Positions 23,974 to 24,000 of a stretch of DNA of 24,000 nt are shown piece after piece. Origin of the DNA: Blastocatellia bacterium. GTDB lineage: Bacteria > Acidobacteriota > Blastocatellia > UBA7656. Numbering within the stretch: position 1 is the stretch's first letter; the number at the start of each line of letters is the position of its first letter. A program made the translations under genes and the position numbers. The DNA is taken from positions 1 to 24,000 of the forward strand of contig DATMCM010000680.1 in the NCBI GenBank assembly GCA_035558335.1, written 5' to 3'. The notes under the pieces were generated by a model. That model saw nothing but the letters and a program-made list of their open reading frames with translations. It did not search any database and had not been told where the DNA came from.

Positions 23974-24000
23974 GGCTCGACATCCTTCCAACGACTGAGT

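Overview
This is a 24-kb chromosomal window from a moderately GC-rich bacterium. The gene content points to Acidobacteriota, but that is an inference, not a proof: CarboxypepD_reg/TPR proteins, a giant PD40-propeller/amidohydrolase fusion, a sigma54 enhancer-binding protein, multi-PAS hybrid kinases and a bacterial WD40 protein. No CRISPR array, IS element, integrase, phage gene or recognisable defence gene is visible.

Layout:
- (1) 1-3835, minus strand: a secreted M14 carboxypeptidase (partial) and a CarboxypepD_reg+TPR lipoprotein-like protein.
- (2) 4116-4190: tRNA-His(GTG), followed by a 478-bp non-coding gap.
- (3) 4669-7886: a two-gene radical-SAM cassette. The large second gene (694 aa) looks like a bacterial homologue of the archaeal tetraether lipid synthase Tes/GDGT-MAS. 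This is the most interesting candidate in the window, a possible membrane-spanning or branched-GDGT lipid synthesis module.
- (4) 8081-11320: a PD40/TolB-like propeller fused to an amidohydrolase.
- (5) 11798-23973: a stress, hypoxia and NO-type gene island. It holds an NtrC-family sigma54 activator, a textbook -24/-12 promoter with direct repeats, a tandem USP, a single USP, two PNPOx-like paralogues, a triple-PAS hybrid histidine kinase, a WD40 protein, a Zn-ADH, a hemerythrin, a qNor remnant, Hsp20 and a Cys-rich membrane protein.

Three genes in this island carry lesions. The activator has a frameshift, one PNPOx paralogue has an in-frame TAG, and only the last ~150 codons of the qNor gene remain. 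All family calls rest on motifs read from the translations. No database search was possible.
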